A stretch of DNA of 64,000 nucleotides from a virus (Duplodnaviria; Caudoviricetes): IMG/VR virus record IMGVR_UViG_3300037067_027616, positions 1-64,000 of that record. The stretch is one strand, 5' to 3'. The notes beneath the pieces are model-generated. The model had not been told where the DNA came from, did not search any database, and saw only the letters and a list, made by a program, of their open reading frames with translations. Each line of letters starts with the position of its first letter. Positions within the stretch are counted from its first letter, which is position 1. The translations under genes and the position numbers were made by a program. Positions 28,360-46,339 of the stretch are shown here, one piece after another.

Positions 28360-29373
28360 TTATAGGCCGTAGTGTGCGAGATATTGGTTCGATATCGCCT
28401 TGAAACTCACCTTGGTCCCTGGGGCATCCAAACGGAACACCAACCCCTCTCGAAGCACCTTTGGGTTCAAAGGACACGGACCGTCCGCAAGGGCTAAAAG
28501 TTGCTCAAGCGTGTGATCAAGGACGAAGTGACGGTCGAACAACGGCACAGTCTTAAGTCCAAGTTCCTTGGTGAAGTGTTCCATGTCGTCCCACTGAAGG
28601 TACTCCCCTTTGGCTATGTTCCACACGTAGAAGACATAAAAATCCTGCCCTTTGAGGAGCATCCTGTTGCTTTGGATTCGTTCTCCCACCATCTCTGCCT
28701 GCACGGCGTATCCTACAGGCATCTTTTCCTGCAGATTGTACCGTTTGGCCACGTTCCAATAGGTGTTCTTACCGGTGTCCTTCCATTCCCAACTGTGACC
28801 GCATACTCCGAAGCGTTCCTCTGTTTTGAATACCGTGGTGCTGGTCCCATCGACCTTAACGGTGACCACGAAAAGTTCCCTGCGGCGTTCTTCGAGCCAA
28901 GGTGTCAAATTTTGTATTCGTTCTTCGTCCGTTTTGATACAGAACCCCGGTAACGCACCTACCGCCTCTCCAGACAAACTCACATCCATAGGGGGTTCAT
29001 AGAGAAGGACACCGAGGTCATCGGTGACATCGTCCCCAACGGATTTGTCTGCCACCGCAGGGAACACGGACACAGGAAGTGCGAGTCCTTGGGATATTTG
29101 CTTGCGAAGAAAAACGGTTTTGAGTCGATATCCCTCTATTTCCTCGCCATCAGCAATCATTTTCTTCGGGGAGGTTCCTTTCGCCATGAACTCAAACTCC
29201 GGGATGACCGGGAGAAAAGAATCCGTCTCGAAATAAATGGCCTTGTCACCGATCTTGAATTCCCCTTTACGGGACACGCACCACCATCCGCGTATTTTCA
29301 CGCGTTCGATGCGGTCAGCACCCTCGATGGGTTGCACATCATCAATGGATGCTATAGTGGCGAGTTTCCTCAC
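28360..29373 (-). CDS. RNA ligase (ATP), DRB0094/Rnl2-like family
   Basis: MRKLATI...IEGADRIE, YFETDS, ISQGL, KTDEERIQN, motif I KVDGTS, AEMVG, REGLV, FKAIS. Confidence 0.92.
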   Translation of the reverse strand: MRKLATIASIDDVQPIEGADRIERVKIRGWWCVSRKGEFKIGDKAIYFETDSFLPVIPEFEFMAKGTSPKKMIADGEEIEGYRLKTVFLRKQISQGLALPVSVFPAVADKSVGDDVTDDLGVLLYEPPMDVSLSGEAVGALPGFCIKTDEERIQNLTPWLEERRRELFVVTVKVDGTSTTVFKTEERFGVCGHSWEWKDTGKNTYWNVAKRYNLQEKMPVGYAVQAEMVGERIQSNRMLLKGQDFYVFYVWNIAKGEYLQWDDMEHFTKELGLKTVPLFDRHFVLDHTLEQLLALADGPCPLNPKVLREGLVFRLDAPGTKVSFKAISNQYLAHYGL

Positions 29374-29870
29374 GATGACTCTCCTGTTGTTGAGATTTCC
29401 AACGACATTCCTTCAGGCACTATATCTGTCTTCGACTGTCTATCAATTGTGTATGTGACAACAAGACGTTTTGGTTTGTTCGGGGCGGGGTCTCCACCCA
29501 GGGTCATATTGTCAACACGCATACTCAACTGTTTATCATCGATGACAAGATCGCGGATTCTGTCTGTAACATCTTTTTTGGTGACCGCTGTGGGGTCACC
29601 GTATTCCGCCTTGTGGATCACAAGTGCAGGCGGAGGAAGCAGACCCATAACTCTCCCAAGATCATCGGCCCAGGAGTCAAGCGCAGGAGGTATGTCTGTC
29701 CACATCTCTTCGGCATCGTCTATTTCCTCGTTGGAGGAACCCCATCTTTTACGCATTTCCTCGATGCTCTCATAGACTCTAACGAGGTCATCAACTTCTT
29801 CCTTTTTAAGAAGCAACGTGCCGAAGTATCCGTCTATACGGTTCTTCAGTTCCCAAATTTTATCGCCCAT
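29370..29870 (-). CDS. Hypothetical protein with C-terminal DUF3395/lectin-like domain
   Basis: IHKAEYG...DVT...N..LGGDPAPNKPKRLVVTY; AAGGAG RBS at MGDK. Confidence 0.6.
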   Translation of the reverse strand: MGDKIWELKNRIDGYFGTLLLKKEEVDDLVRVYESIEEMRKRWGSSNEEIDDAEEMWTDIPPALDSWADDLGRVMGLLPPPALVIHKAEYGDPTAVTKKDVTDRIRDLVIDDKQLSMRVDNMTLGGDPAPNKPKRLVVTYTIDRQSKTDIVPEGMSLEISTTGESS

Positions 29871-29891
29871 ATGTGACTCCTTCTTTACCCT

Positions 29892-29920
29892 AATATACCT
29901 TTTGACAATTATTTTGTAAA
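29892..29920 (-). promoter_or_regulatory. sigma70-like promoter TTTACA-N17-TATATT
   Basis: Exact hexamers, AAAAGG before the -10; back-to-back with a plus-strand TATATT at 29951. Confidence 0.75.
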
Positions 29921-29978
29921 TAAGAATGTTAAAAGTACATTGCTTTTTAGTATATTTTAAGGTAAGGAGACCGCCGAC

Positions 29979-30362
29979 ATGGAAATCATAGACGAACATT
30001 ACCACGTCCTTAAGAAAATCAAGGAAAATGAGCATCGCATACACGTTCCCGTGACCGAGGGAAAACGGGAAGTTGATTACCGTATGTCTTCCCTTCCTCC
30101 AGCATTGTGGGCAGCGCGCGTGCTATACTATTTGAGTGTAAAAATGGTATCTGATGGTGACATAGTACCAGATGAACCCATCGGCGGTACTATAGCATCA
30201 TGCGGGCATCGGGTGAAAAAGGTCATGTGGGACGTGTCTGTCAAAAATTCTGATGGAATTCTGTCTCTGGTAGTTTGTCCGGAGTGCTACAGAAGAATAT
30301 ACAAAAATACATGTATTAAACAAAAAACAAAACGTATTACCCTGGACCCAAAATGCAGATAG
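29979..30362 (+). CDS. Hypothetical protein
   Basis: TAAGGAG RBS; SCGH...CPEC. Confidence 0.6.
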   Translation: MEIIDEHYHVLKKIKENEHRIHVPVTEGKREVDYRMSSLPPALWAARVLYYLSVKMVSDGDIVPDEPIGGTIASCGHRVKKVMWDVSVKNSDGILSLVVCPECYRRIYKNTCIKQKTKRITLDPKCR

Positions 30363-30799
30363 CTAATGATCTCTACAAGAAGATAATTGCCAACGTACCC
30401 ATCGCCTGTGTCGATATTGCCGTAGTTCGGAACGGTTCCATACTTCTCGTAAAACGCAACGATGCCCCGGCTAAAGGGTGTTGGTGGCTCCCTGGCGGCA
30501 GGGTGTTCAAGGGCGAGAAGATGGTAGACACGGCTCACAGAAAAGCTCTTGAAGAAGTGGGCCTCGACTGCGTGGTAGGCCCGCTGATACATACGGCCGA
30601 AACACTTTTTCCAGATGGTCCATACGGTATGTCAGTACACAGCATCAACAGTTGTTTTCTTTTGTACCCTAAAAACAAAAAGAAGCCTGTTCTCGATTCT
30701 CATCAAAGCGAGTACCGTTTTATAAGTCACTTGGATCATTCGTTGGACTTTTACATAATTGATTGCCTTAAAGCCTGTGGTCTCAGGCTCAAAAATTGA
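30353..30799 (+). CDS. NUDIX hydrolase, GDP-mannose mannosyl hydrolase (Gmm/WcaH)-like
   Basis: PIACVDI, LLVKR..PAKGCWWLPGGRVFKGE....A.RK..EEVGL, DSHQSEYRF. Confidence 0.85.
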   Translation: MQIANDLYKKIIANVPIACVDIAVVRNGSILLVKRNDAPAKGCWWLPGGRVFKGEKMVDTAHRKALEEVGLDCVVGPLIHTAETLFPDGPYGMSVHSINSCFLLYPKNKKKPVLDSHQSEYRFISHLDHSLDFYIIDCLKACGLRLKN

Positions 30800-30937
30800 A
30801 GGGATTGGTATGAGTTGGCTCAAGAAGTTGGTTTTCGTGGTTTCGGGGTTCGCCATCGGCGTGTTGGTTTCCATGAGGATTGTCCGCAGGAAACGCCGCC
30901 CGACAATGATCACACGGCGCACGCTTGAAAAGATGAG

Positions 30938-31237
30938 GTGCATGCTTTGACAGAAGGTGAGATAAAACCCAAAGATGTCAGAGAATTTTGTGCCAAACAC
31001 GCCTTCAAGATAGGCACGGCTTTCTCGGACGAATCCATACAAAAATGGATATCTATGGGCCTTTCATCATCCAAGCGTTGTTCCTCTGAAGGCAACGAGT
31101 TACGAACGTGGGTGCTCGCGTTCGCCTGCCGAGAATGTTGTGAGCATGGCCCGGACGGACCCGACCATGTTGGCTTTGCACACCGCAAGTCGTTTTTCCC
31201 CAAATTTGATGAGATGATGCGCCGCCACGAGTGCTAG
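30938..31237 (+). CDS. Hypothetical protein
   Basis: Ends the plus-strand run before a ~170-bp gap. Confidence 0.4.
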   Translation: MHALTEGEIKPKDVREFCAKHAFKIGTAFSDESIQKWISMGLSSSKRCSSEGNELRTWVLAFACRECCEHGPDGPDHVGFAHRKSFFPKFDEMMRRHEC

Positions 31238-31295
31238 TGTTCTCGTATTAAATAGTTCCCCTGCCTCGGATCAACGTTTCCGTTGTGGCCACCCT

Positions 31296-31309
31296 GATAA
31301 CCTTCTATT
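31296..31309 (+). promoter_or_regulatory. Candidate late-promoter motif GATAACCTTCTATT
   Basis: In the intergenic gap upstream of the fibre module; resembles 20316 and 46564. Confidence 0.4.
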
Positions 31310-31410
31310 ATCCATTGACCTTCGTAGGCTTTGCTTAAGGTTGGGAAGCGCGTTTTCCATAGAAAACATAGCGTTATCACGATCGTGTAACGTTCAAACG
31401 AGGTAGAGGG

Positions 31411-32544
31411 TTGAAGTCCTTTGTCCAGAACTACAGGCTGACAGACTCCGACCTCACCAAAGAGTTCTATTGGGGTGAGACCGGCAGCGGCGTTACGGGA
31501 CTGCCCGAGGTCGATGGATACCAAGCCCCTTGGCTGGCCAGCCCGTATTATGTGAGCTACGAAGTGGACTTCATTGAACCTGTCGGGTTGTACCCTATAC
31601 GCATCGGACCGTTCAACCGCACGCCACTTCAGACGCCCGCGAGCGGGTACTATGCCAACTTCTCAATCGGCAGCAGATGGCCTGTAGGTACATATCAAAT
31701 CATTTGGAAAAGTTTGATGAGCGGAGAAACCGGAGCGCCTTTTGTGGAAGACATCGAGCAGTTCACGGTCACAAGCGGTGGCATATACAGTGTAGCCGGG
31801 ATCACAGGTCCGATCGTGTTCAACGAATGCAGTCTGTATGGTGGTGTGACCGGGGCGATCGGTTACACAGGATCCACACCTGTCGGTGGAGAAACCGGGA
31901 CGCAACCGTACACGTATGTGCAGATGATGTACAACACGTTGTCGAGGTATCAAGTTGTTGACACCGCAGGTGAAGAGGTTTGGGTCACATCGAACTCCAC
32001 GAGTTACGGAGAATTTTCGTGGGCCAGATATGGCTCCGTACTCGTTGTTTCGCAGAAGAACCACGGCATGTCTGTCGGCGACCGCCTCCTCATCAGGAAC
32101 GCGAATGTCCCATACCAGAGTTGCACGGTGACAAACACCACCATTGACTCATTCAGTGTAGGTACACAGGACTCTGGATATATCCAAGGATCTGCTTTGT
32201 GGTGGGGCAGAGGATTCAACTTTGCCCACGTGGGGAGTCCAAAAACCGGAGGCACATTGACAACGTCATCGGACGATGTCAAGTTGTTGTCCATTCGGGT
32301 GCGCACAGGTGTGAGGCAGAACACGACGTACGTTTTCCAGATACCCGTGTCTGCCTTGAACGATGAGAGTACTTCCATGGGAAGTTCATTCATACCGATG
32401 CTGTCAGTGAGGCAGGACGCGGATCACCTTTCGGCGACGGCGGCCACCATATCAGCTAACTACATAGGCGACTATTCTGATTTTCTTGTGGCGAACCTTG
32501 GTAACCCGGCAGCTTCCAGGGTCATCATACTCATGTTCGGATAA
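31411..32544 (+). CDS. Putative virion structural protein (fibre module)
   Basis: TTG start with GAGG; S/T/G-rich beta-type composition; scattered GxTG motifs. Confidence 0.65.
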   Translation: MKSFVQNYRLTDSDLTKEFYWGETGSGVTGLPEVDGYQAPWLASPYYVSYEVDFIEPVGLYPIRIGPFNRTPLQTPASGYYANFSIGSRWPVGTYQIIWKSLMSGETGAPFVEDIEQFTVTSGGIYSVAGITGPIVFNECSLYGGVTGAIGYTGSTPVGGETGTQPYTYVQMMYNTLSRYQVVDTAGEEVWVTSNSTSYGEFSWARYGSVLVVSQKNHGMSVGDRLLIRNANVPYQSCTVTNTTIDSFSVGTQDSGYIQGSALWWGRGFNFAHVGSPKTGGTLTTSSDDVKLLSIRVRTGVRQNTTYVFQIPVSALNDESTSMGSSFIPMLSVRQDADHLSATAATISANYIGDYSDFLVANLGNPAASRVIILMFG

Positions 32545-32547
32545 AAG

Positions 32548-40233
<7,686 letters not shown>

Positions 40234-40247
40234 TATGGGGTAATGCC

Positions 40248-40961
40248 GTGGCGATGTCTTTTCAAGGTGCAACAGATTTAGACTATATAACCCTCGGGCA
40301 ACCGGCTATTTTGAATTTATTGCCACAAGGGACACAGTATACATTGTCCGTATGGTTCAAAACTTTAACAAACGTTGACTATGGTACTTTTTTTTGCCGT
40401 GGGGATAGTGCAACTAAACAGTTTCACTTTTCGATAGGATCCCCCGGGCCACCTTATGAACTGCAGGCACAAATAGGTGGGACGTTTTATACTACCGGCG
40501 TGGATGTCGGTGATGGGTTGTGGCATCATGGGGTACTTACCAACGCCAATGTTGCTGGTACGTACAGGTTTCAAATGTATAACAATGGTGTAGCTGCCGG
40601 AAATCTTACAGCATCGGGAGCGTCTACAATCGCTTGTGATGTCCTGATAGGCGCAAGGAGAGCTACGGGCAATACTGGAGCGGGTTTCGTAATGAGAGGC
40701 AGTCTAGCAGATGCTAGGATATATAACAGGGTTTTGTCTTTACCTGAAATACAGACACTGTACTACTCTCGTGGAAGAGATAACCTTGTAACAGGTTTAA
40801 TAGGAAGATGGCTCATGAACGAGAGTGCCCCTGGAGTTACTTGTACGGGTACAGCGACAGTAAAAGATAGTTCTAGTCAAAGAAATGATGGGACGCCATC
40901 AGCGACGCCTATATATGTAGACGATGAACCGTTAACTCTTAAGAGAAAGTTTTTTGTATAA
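40248..40961 (+). CDS. LamG/concanavalin A-like domain protein
   Basis: TLSVWFK, DGLWHH, MYNNG, IGAR, GSLADARIYNRVLS..EI..LY, LIGRW. Confidence 0.9.
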   Translation: MAMSFQGATDLDYITLGQPAILNLLPQGTQYTLSVWFKTLTNVDYGTFFCRGDSATKQFHFSIGSPGPPYELQAQIGGTFYTTGVDVGDGLWHHGVLTNANVAGTYRFQMYNNGVAAGNLTASGASTIACDVLIGARRATGNTGAGFVMRGSLADARIYNRVLSLPEIQTLYYSRGRDNLVTGLIGRWLMNESAPGVTCTGTATVKDSSSQRNDGTPSATPIYVDDEPLTLKRKFFV

Positions 40962-40980
40962 CATTTGGCGAGGTAAATAA

Positions 40981-43065
40981 ATGGCCATAAGTTTTCCGCT
41001 TAATCCTAATGACGGGGATCTCTACATTACCCCAAACGGTACCAAATATGAGTATCGTGTGATTAGTAATTCGTGGGTTATTGTAGGTATACAAGACATC
41101 GGTAACCCGGGTGTAACAGGTCTGCAGGGTGTGACCGGTGCCGCAGGACAAGGAACAACAGGGCTTCCAGGAGAAACTGGTTTTCAAGGAGTAACAGGTG
41201 CTCAAGGACAAACCGGAGCGGGTATAGATGGTGCTACGGGTATCCAAGGTCCTACAGGGGCACAAGGGACAACGGGGGCGGGAATAGACGGGGCAACGGT
41301 TGCTCAAGGTGTAACGGGCTTGGGATCAACAGGTCTGCAAGGTATAACTGGTGATCAAGGCGCTACAGGTGATCAAGGCGCTACAGGTGAACAAGGCACT
41401 CAAGGTATTACTGGACAACAGGGGTCAACAGGACTTCAAGGGGCTACAGGGTCGCAAGGAGCTACAGGTAAACAAGGAGCAACGGGAGCACAAGGCTCTC
41501 AAGGTATTACTGGAGAACCGGGGATAACAGGTTTACAGGGAGCCACAGGCGAACAAGGGGCTACAGGTCAGCAAGGGGCTACAGGAGAACAAGGAATTCA
41601 AGGAGCCACAGGAGAACAAGGGCCTCAAGGAATAACAGGTCTACAAGCAATAACAGGTTCTCCAGGTATAACCGGTAGTGTGGGTGTCACAGGCAGCGGA
41701 GGTATTACAGGTACCGAGGGCGCGACAGGTTCACAAGGAGTTACTGGCGAGCAGGGGTTAACCGGAGCGCAAGGTGCAACCGGACAGCAAGGAGCAACAG
41801 GAGAACAAGGTGCCACGGGGGAAATAGGTATTACAGGGACACAAGCAATAACCGGATCTCCTGGTATAACAGGTAGTGGAGGTATCACCGGGACCGGAGG
41901 TATCACAGGTGCTGGTGGTATCACCGGACTTCAAGGTGCTACCGGACAACAAGGTGCTACTGGCGCTCAAGGCGCCACAGGGGCACAAGGGACAACGGGG
42001 GCTGCTGGAAGTGGTGGTGCAACAGGGGTGCAAGGTGAAACAGGTGCTCAAGGAGAAACAGGACTTCAAGGAACAACAGGCCTTGCGAACTTCATACAGA
42101 CAGACTCCTTTGATGCACCTGTGCTAGTGCCTGCCATAATGTGGAACTTCACAGACGAAACGTTCTATGGGTATGTTACAGGGGCTGGTGCTTGGATACA
42201 GATGTCTTCTGCTTCAAAAAGCGGCCCAACAGGGTTACAAGGCAGTACAGGATTACAGGGCCCTACAGGTATAGAAGGTTCTACAGGGCATCAAGGAGAA
42301 ACAGGTGCTCAAGGTCAAACAGGTGCCCTAGGTTTAGGCAGTACAGGATTACAGGGCCCTACAGGTATAGAAGGTTCTACAGGGCATCAAGGAGAAACAG
42401 GTGCTCAAGGTTTAGGCAGTACAGGTTTACAGGGTACTACAGGTATAGAAGGTTCTACGGGGCATCAAGGAGAAACAGGTGCTCAAGGTTTAGGCAGTAC
42501 AGGTTTACAGGGTACTACTGGATTACAAGGCACTACTGGACTACAAGGAAATACAGGTCTTCAAGGGATATCACATAAAGTTCTTATACTAGGTGCCGCC
42601 GGAGGGTGGGGATCTGTTACAAACGGGTGTGCGGGGCCTACTAGGACAGAACTAACAACAAATAAAGTAAATATACAGACATTAGATTTCGCTGCTGCCG
42701 CTCAAAAGTATGCCGAGTGGACTTGCTATCTACCAAGTAACTACACATCAGCGGCGACTATAACCGCAACATTTATATGGACAGCAAACTCCGCAACTAC
42801 CAACAGTGTTGTGTGGGGGTGTTCGGCTAGAGCATATGCAGACAGTGGTGCTCTAGATCAGGCTTATTCAGCAGGCGTAGAAGTAACTGATGCCAATAAT
42901 GCCACCTATGATTTAAATATTTCAGCGGCCACAGGTGCTGTTACTATTGCAGGGAGCCCTGCCGCAGGACAAATGTTACAAGTAAGAGTATATAGACTAG
43001 GGAGTGGAGCAGATAACTTGGCGGCAACAGCTAATCTATTACAAGTCATCATAACATATACGTAG
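40981..43065 (+). CDS. Second collagen-like fibre protein (694 aa) with C-terminal globular domain
   Basis: GAGGT RBS; Gly-X-Thr/Gln triplets interrupted by a short W/Y-containing spacer. Confidence 0.92.
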   Translation: MAISFPLNPNDGDLYITPNGTKYEYRVISNSWVIVGIQDIGNPGVTGLQGVTGAAGQGTTGLPGETGFQGVTGAQGQTGAGIDGATGIQGPTGAQGTTGAGIDGATVAQGVTGLGSTGLQGITGDQGATGDQGATGEQGTQGITGQQGSTGLQGATGSQGATGKQGATGAQGSQGITGEPGITGLQGATGEQGATGQQGATGEQGIQGATGEQGPQGITGLQAITGSPGITGSVGVTGSGGITGTEGATGSQGVTGEQGLTGAQGATGQQGATGEQGATGEIGITGTQAITGSPGITGSGGITGTGGITGAGGITGLQGATGQQGATGAQGATGAQGTTGAAGSGGATGVQGETGAQGETGLQGTTGLANFIQTDSFDAPVLVPAIMWNFTDETFYGYVTGAGAWIQMSSASKSGPTGLQGSTGLQGPTGIEGSTGHQGETGAQGQTGALGLGSTGLQGPTGIEGSTGHQGETGAQGLGSTGLQGTTGIEGSTGHQGETGAQGLGSTGLQGTTGLQGTTGLQGNTGLQGISHKVLILGAAGGWGSVTNGCAGPTRTELTTNKVNIQTLDFAAAAQKYAEWTCYLPSNYTSAATITATFIWTANSATTNSVVWGCSARAYADSGALDQAYSAGVEVTDANNATYDLNISAATGAVTIAGSPAAGQMLQVRVYRLGSGADNLAATANLLQVIITYT
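42241..42520 (+). repeat. Near-perfect in-frame tandem repeats (units start 42241, 42337, 42415, 42493)
   Basis: ggcagtacagg...tcaaggagaaacaggtgctcaaggt repeated with periods 96, 78, 78 bp. Confidence 0.85.
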
Positions 43066-43074
43066 GAATAATGC

Positions 43075-43806
43075 ATGGCAGATCTAAGTGCATCACCTTT
43101 TACAATATCAGCAACGGCTGCTTACACTATACCCCTAGGTGTTACTTCATTGCAAGTAGTGTGTCGCGGTGGGGGTGCGGCAGGGTCAAATAACGGGTCA
43201 GTTGCTGCCAGACCTGGCGGTGGTGGAGGTGGTGGTGCTTACTCAAAAAGAGCAACAATAAGAGTCATACCAGGAAAATCTTATACTTTTACGGTAGGAG
43301 TAGCGGTAGCGGCGGCCTCACAATCTAACGGTAACCCTTCTACATTTACCGGTGAAGATGCCGTAGCATGTACAGCAGCTGGAGGGACCTCAACCACAAC
43401 AGCCGCGGGTGGTGCAGGAGGCACAGTTGCAGCTTCTGTAGGAGATGTAGGGTCCATGTATGCAGGTGGGGCCGGAGGTACAGCTGCTAACACAAAAGAT
43501 AACGGTGGTGCAGGTGGTGGAGAAGGCGGACGAAGCGACGGTACCGGAGATGCGGGAGATGCAAACACTGGTGCTACTGGTGGAGCAGGAGGTACTGGGG
43601 GTGATGGAGGAGACGGTGGAAAAGGAGGAGATAATACTCTTGCAGGAGGAGATGGCATAGCTCCCGGAGGAGGCGGCGGAGGTGCGGGAGGAAGCAATAA
43701 CGTTGGAGGAGGCGGTGCTGCCGGTCAGATAATAGTCACGTACGTTACAAACGTTACAAGATCCTATGGTGGCGGTTCTGCATCATATGGGACGATGAGT
43801 TTTTAA
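43075..43806 (+). CDS. Glycine-rich tail-fibre-associated protein
   Basis: YTIPLGVTSLQVVCRGGG..G, GGGGGAY, APGGGGGG, G.IIVTY. Confidence 0.8.
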   Translation: MADLSASPFTISATAAYTIPLGVTSLQVVCRGGGAAGSNNGSVAARPGGGGGGGAYSKRATIRVIPGKSYTFTVGVAVAAASQSNGNPSTFTGEDAVACTAAGGTSTTTAAGGAGGTVAASVGDVGSMYAGGAGGTAANTKDNGGAGGGEGGRSDGTGDAGDANTGATGGAGGTGGDGGDGGKGGDNTLAGGDGIAPGGGGGGAGGSNNVGGGGAAGQIIVTYVTNVTRSYGGGSASYGTMSF

Positions 43807-43836
43807 TATAAAATAGCATAAAAGAAAGGAACAACA

Positions 43837-44034
43837 ATGGCATTCCCAACAAGCCCTAGTGATGGAGATTTGTATACCAACGCCCTTGGTGTTGTCTACC
43901 AATACGTCGCTGCAGGGGACAAGTGGATACTTGCAGGACAACAACTGAATGGATACATATTGTATGGTACGGGAGAACCTCCAGGAGCAACGGGGTTACC
44001 TGACGGAACAATATACGTCAAGTACACACCCTAA
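43837..44034 (+). CDS. Small fibre-associated protein
   Basis: FPTSPSDGDLY...YQY...W shared with the N-terminus of 40981; PDGTIYVKY; AAAGGA RBS. Confidence 0.7.
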   Translation: MAFPTSPSDGDLYTNALGVVYQYVAAGDKWILAGQQLNGYILYGTGEPPGATGLPDGTIYVKYTP

Positions 44035-44046
44035 CAGGGGCGTAAA

Positions 44047-45546
44047 ATGGCAGATTACATAGACGTCTTTTTCAAGGTTGGGGATGCTCCCGGTTTGCTG
44101 AAAGACGGCCAACCTGTGTTCTACATCGACCCAGATGAGTGGGGTTATGAACCCGTCCTATCTGAATGGATGCAGCGCGTATTTTTGTGCGTGCGAGTAC
44201 CTAAAACATGGAAGACAAAGTTGCTCAATGTTCTATCCTGTGTGTACGTTAACCCAGATCTGTGCGACCCTGATATTGCAAACATAAAATATGTTCGGGC
44301 AGCATACATATCTTTTGATGAATTTGCCACAGCGATCAACGATCCGGATTTGGTATCTCGTTTGAGAGGGGACAGCATAGTCAATATTATTGACTTGCGA
44401 GACAAAGATATAACAACAGCAATATTCAAAGATATGTCAACACACCCACTAACAGAACAACCAGACTATAATGCTGTTACTTCTGGAAGTTACACAGTAG
44501 GGTCTGGAGGGGACTATGCATCGTGGGTTGCCGCTTTTACAGACATAGGTAATCTTACTGGTGATCTTACCTTCACTCAAATTTCTGCAACGGCAGAAAC
44601 AGCTAGGATAACCTCAGCAGCGCAACTGAATGGGTATACTTTTTTAGCAACCTCTACTCCGCACCATTTGGGAAGTACCTCATCAAATTTAATATCTTTA
44701 AACCAAAATGAGTTCGGTTTCAACATTGCTTTTACAAATGCAGGGACTTCCATACTAGATAATCTAAATATTATATCAGCGGTAGCCTTGTCAACAAGGT
44801 ACCATTCAGTAAGTACAAGCCCCCCTGTGGGAGGAATAGTAACACAAGTATTTAGTAACCTTCTTGTAAATAAAAACCTGAAAATTGGGTCTTGTATTTA
44901 TTGTGGGGCTGGTCATTATTTTAGCCTTCATAATTGCAATGTGTGGAACCAAGCAACATCCACCCCACAAAATGGTGGCATTACATTTATGAGTAATGCG
45001 GTATTAACGTCTACTGTAGAAAATTGTGTGTCTGCGGGGTGTGTCATTGGATTTTTCTTAAACTATGATGGAACTGCAGCACCTGTTACACTTAGAAACT
45101 GCATTGCAGTAAGCAACGGTTTAGACTATTCTGGTACAGCTACTTTAACAGGATATAACAATGCTTCCCAAGACACGTCAGCAGATAACGCAAATTGGGC
45201 AACAGGATCTGGTAACGTTACAGGAAGAAGTGTATCCGACTTCAAATCTGTACTTATAGCGGATCCTAATTTTTTAGACATCGTGCCCACTAGTGACCTG
45301 GTGGACGCGGGTACCACCAACACGCTCACAAGACCGTCTTGCATTAGAGGTAGGACCGTACCAAATATGTACGGACATACAACGATAGGATCTTCTGAAG
45401 TCTATAAACCGTTCTACATTATTGTTGGAGGGGATTGGAAGGAAATTCAAAAAGGTGGGGCTTACGTAGATATAAATGGTACTACTGGCTGGATTGGCTT
45501 TGAAAAAACAAGCGTTATCGTAGATGGAAGCTTCAAGACGTATTAA
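44047..45546 (+). CDS. Putative tail/receptor-binding protein, possible beta-helix
   Basis: YTVGSGGDYAS, repeated N-C-V/I strands (HNCNV, ENCVS, RNCIA), LVDAG, IGSSE. Confidence 0.6.
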   Translation: MADYIDVFFKVGDAPGLLKDGQPVFYIDPDEWGYEPVLSEWMQRVFLCVRVPKTWKTKLLNVLSCVYVNPDLCDPDIANIKYVRAAYISFDEFATAINDPDLVSRLRGDSIVNIIDLRDKDITTAIFKDMSTHPLTEQPDYNAVTSGSYTVGSGGDYASWVAAFTDIGNLTGDLTFTQISATAETARITSAAQLNGYTFLATSTPHHLGSTSSNLISLNQNEFGFNIAFTNAGTSILDNLNIISAVALSTRYHSVSTSPPVGGIVTQVFSNLLVNKNLKIGSCIYCGAGHYFSLHNCNVWNQATSTPQNGGITFMSNAVLTSTVENCVSAGCVIGFFLNYDGTAAPVTLRNCIAVSNGLDYSGTATLTGYNNASQDTSADNANWATGSGNVTGRSVSDFKSVLIADPNFLDIVPTSDLVDAGTTNTLTRPSCIRGRTVPNMYGHTTIGSSEVYKPFYIIVGGDWKEIQKGGAYVDINGTTGWIGFEKTSVIVDGSFKTY

Positions 45547-45569
45547 ATGATTTTCCACTGACCAAATAT

Positions 45570-45629
45570 ACACGCAAGGCCGTGCGTGTCCTATTCACGT
45601 CTTTCGATGTGGCTTAAGGCCTTGCGTGT
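45570..45629 (-). terminator. Hairpin(s) between convergent genes, possible terminator
   Basis: acacgca/tgcgtgt 7-bp stem and an alternative 12-bp stem; followed by TATTT on the minus strand. Confidence 0.4.
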
Positions 45630-45651
45630 CTTGACCGGAACTTATTGCCCT

Positions 45652-46029
45652 TCAAACCTCGGCGCGAGCTCTTTTGGTATTGGGCGGCGGTTTGAGGTCG
45701 GATTTAACCGGAAGTTTGTTCTCATTAACGATCTTGTAAAGTCCGGCATATTTTACATTGAGCAATGCACACAGTTCTCTCATCGTTGTTTTTGCTGTGT
45801 CTACATTCTTGAGCCTATCAAGTACACGTTCGAGCCTGTCCGGGATGCTGAGATCCCGGCGTATCTTATAAATGGTATGCCTGGAAACATCAAACTTCCT
45901 GGCAAAGTCGATGTCTTTTGAATACCTCATGGGGTGGGCTTCATTCTTCATCACATCGGCGATGAATTCACGAGCCACTGCGGCCCGCTTCGTGCCCCCT
46001 ACGCGTTTATCCACCTGTTTTTTGCTCAT
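45652..46029 (-). CDS. Putative HTH DNA-binding protein (resembles the sigma54 C-terminal SD..IA/SRRT box)
   Basis: KDIDFARKFDVSRHTIYKIRRDLSIP; second HTH TMRELCALLNVKYAGLYK. Confidence 0.65.
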   Translation of the reverse strand: MSKKQVDKRVGGTKRAAVAREFIADVMKNEAHPMRYSKDIDFARKFDVSRHTIYKIRRDLSIPDRLERVLDRLKNVDTAKTTMRELCALLNVKYAGLYKIVNENKLPVKSDLKPPPNTKRARAEV

Positions 46030-46339
46030 GGCTGTCTCCAAAGTATATGTAAACCCTCGTGCCCGACACCCGTGTGTTGAGTGGGTATGTGTCCTTTATC
46101 TGCTCCTGGTAAAACTTAACAAAATCCTTCGAGTCGTAAATCATGTCAACAGAAATATACTTATCTGTAACAGAAAAATCACTATCTTCATAAAGTGTCT
46201 TGCGTAAAAGGTGTTTTACATTTTTAATCACCGACTCCTTGTCGGTGAGATTTTGTCCTTTCCTTTTAACTTTATCACCCCTTACCCAAGTCATTTTAGT
46301 TATAGACTTGTCAAGGTTATTTTTGTCTGTCACCGACAC
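46007..46339 (-). CDS. Hypothetical protein
   Basis: Coupled run. Confidence 0.45.
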   Translation of the reverse strand: MSVTDKNNLDKSITKMTWVRGDKVKRKGQNLTDKESVIKNVKHLLRKTLYEDSDFSVTDKYISVDMIYDSKDFVKFYQEQIKDTYPLNTRVSGTRVYIYFGDSHEQKTGG

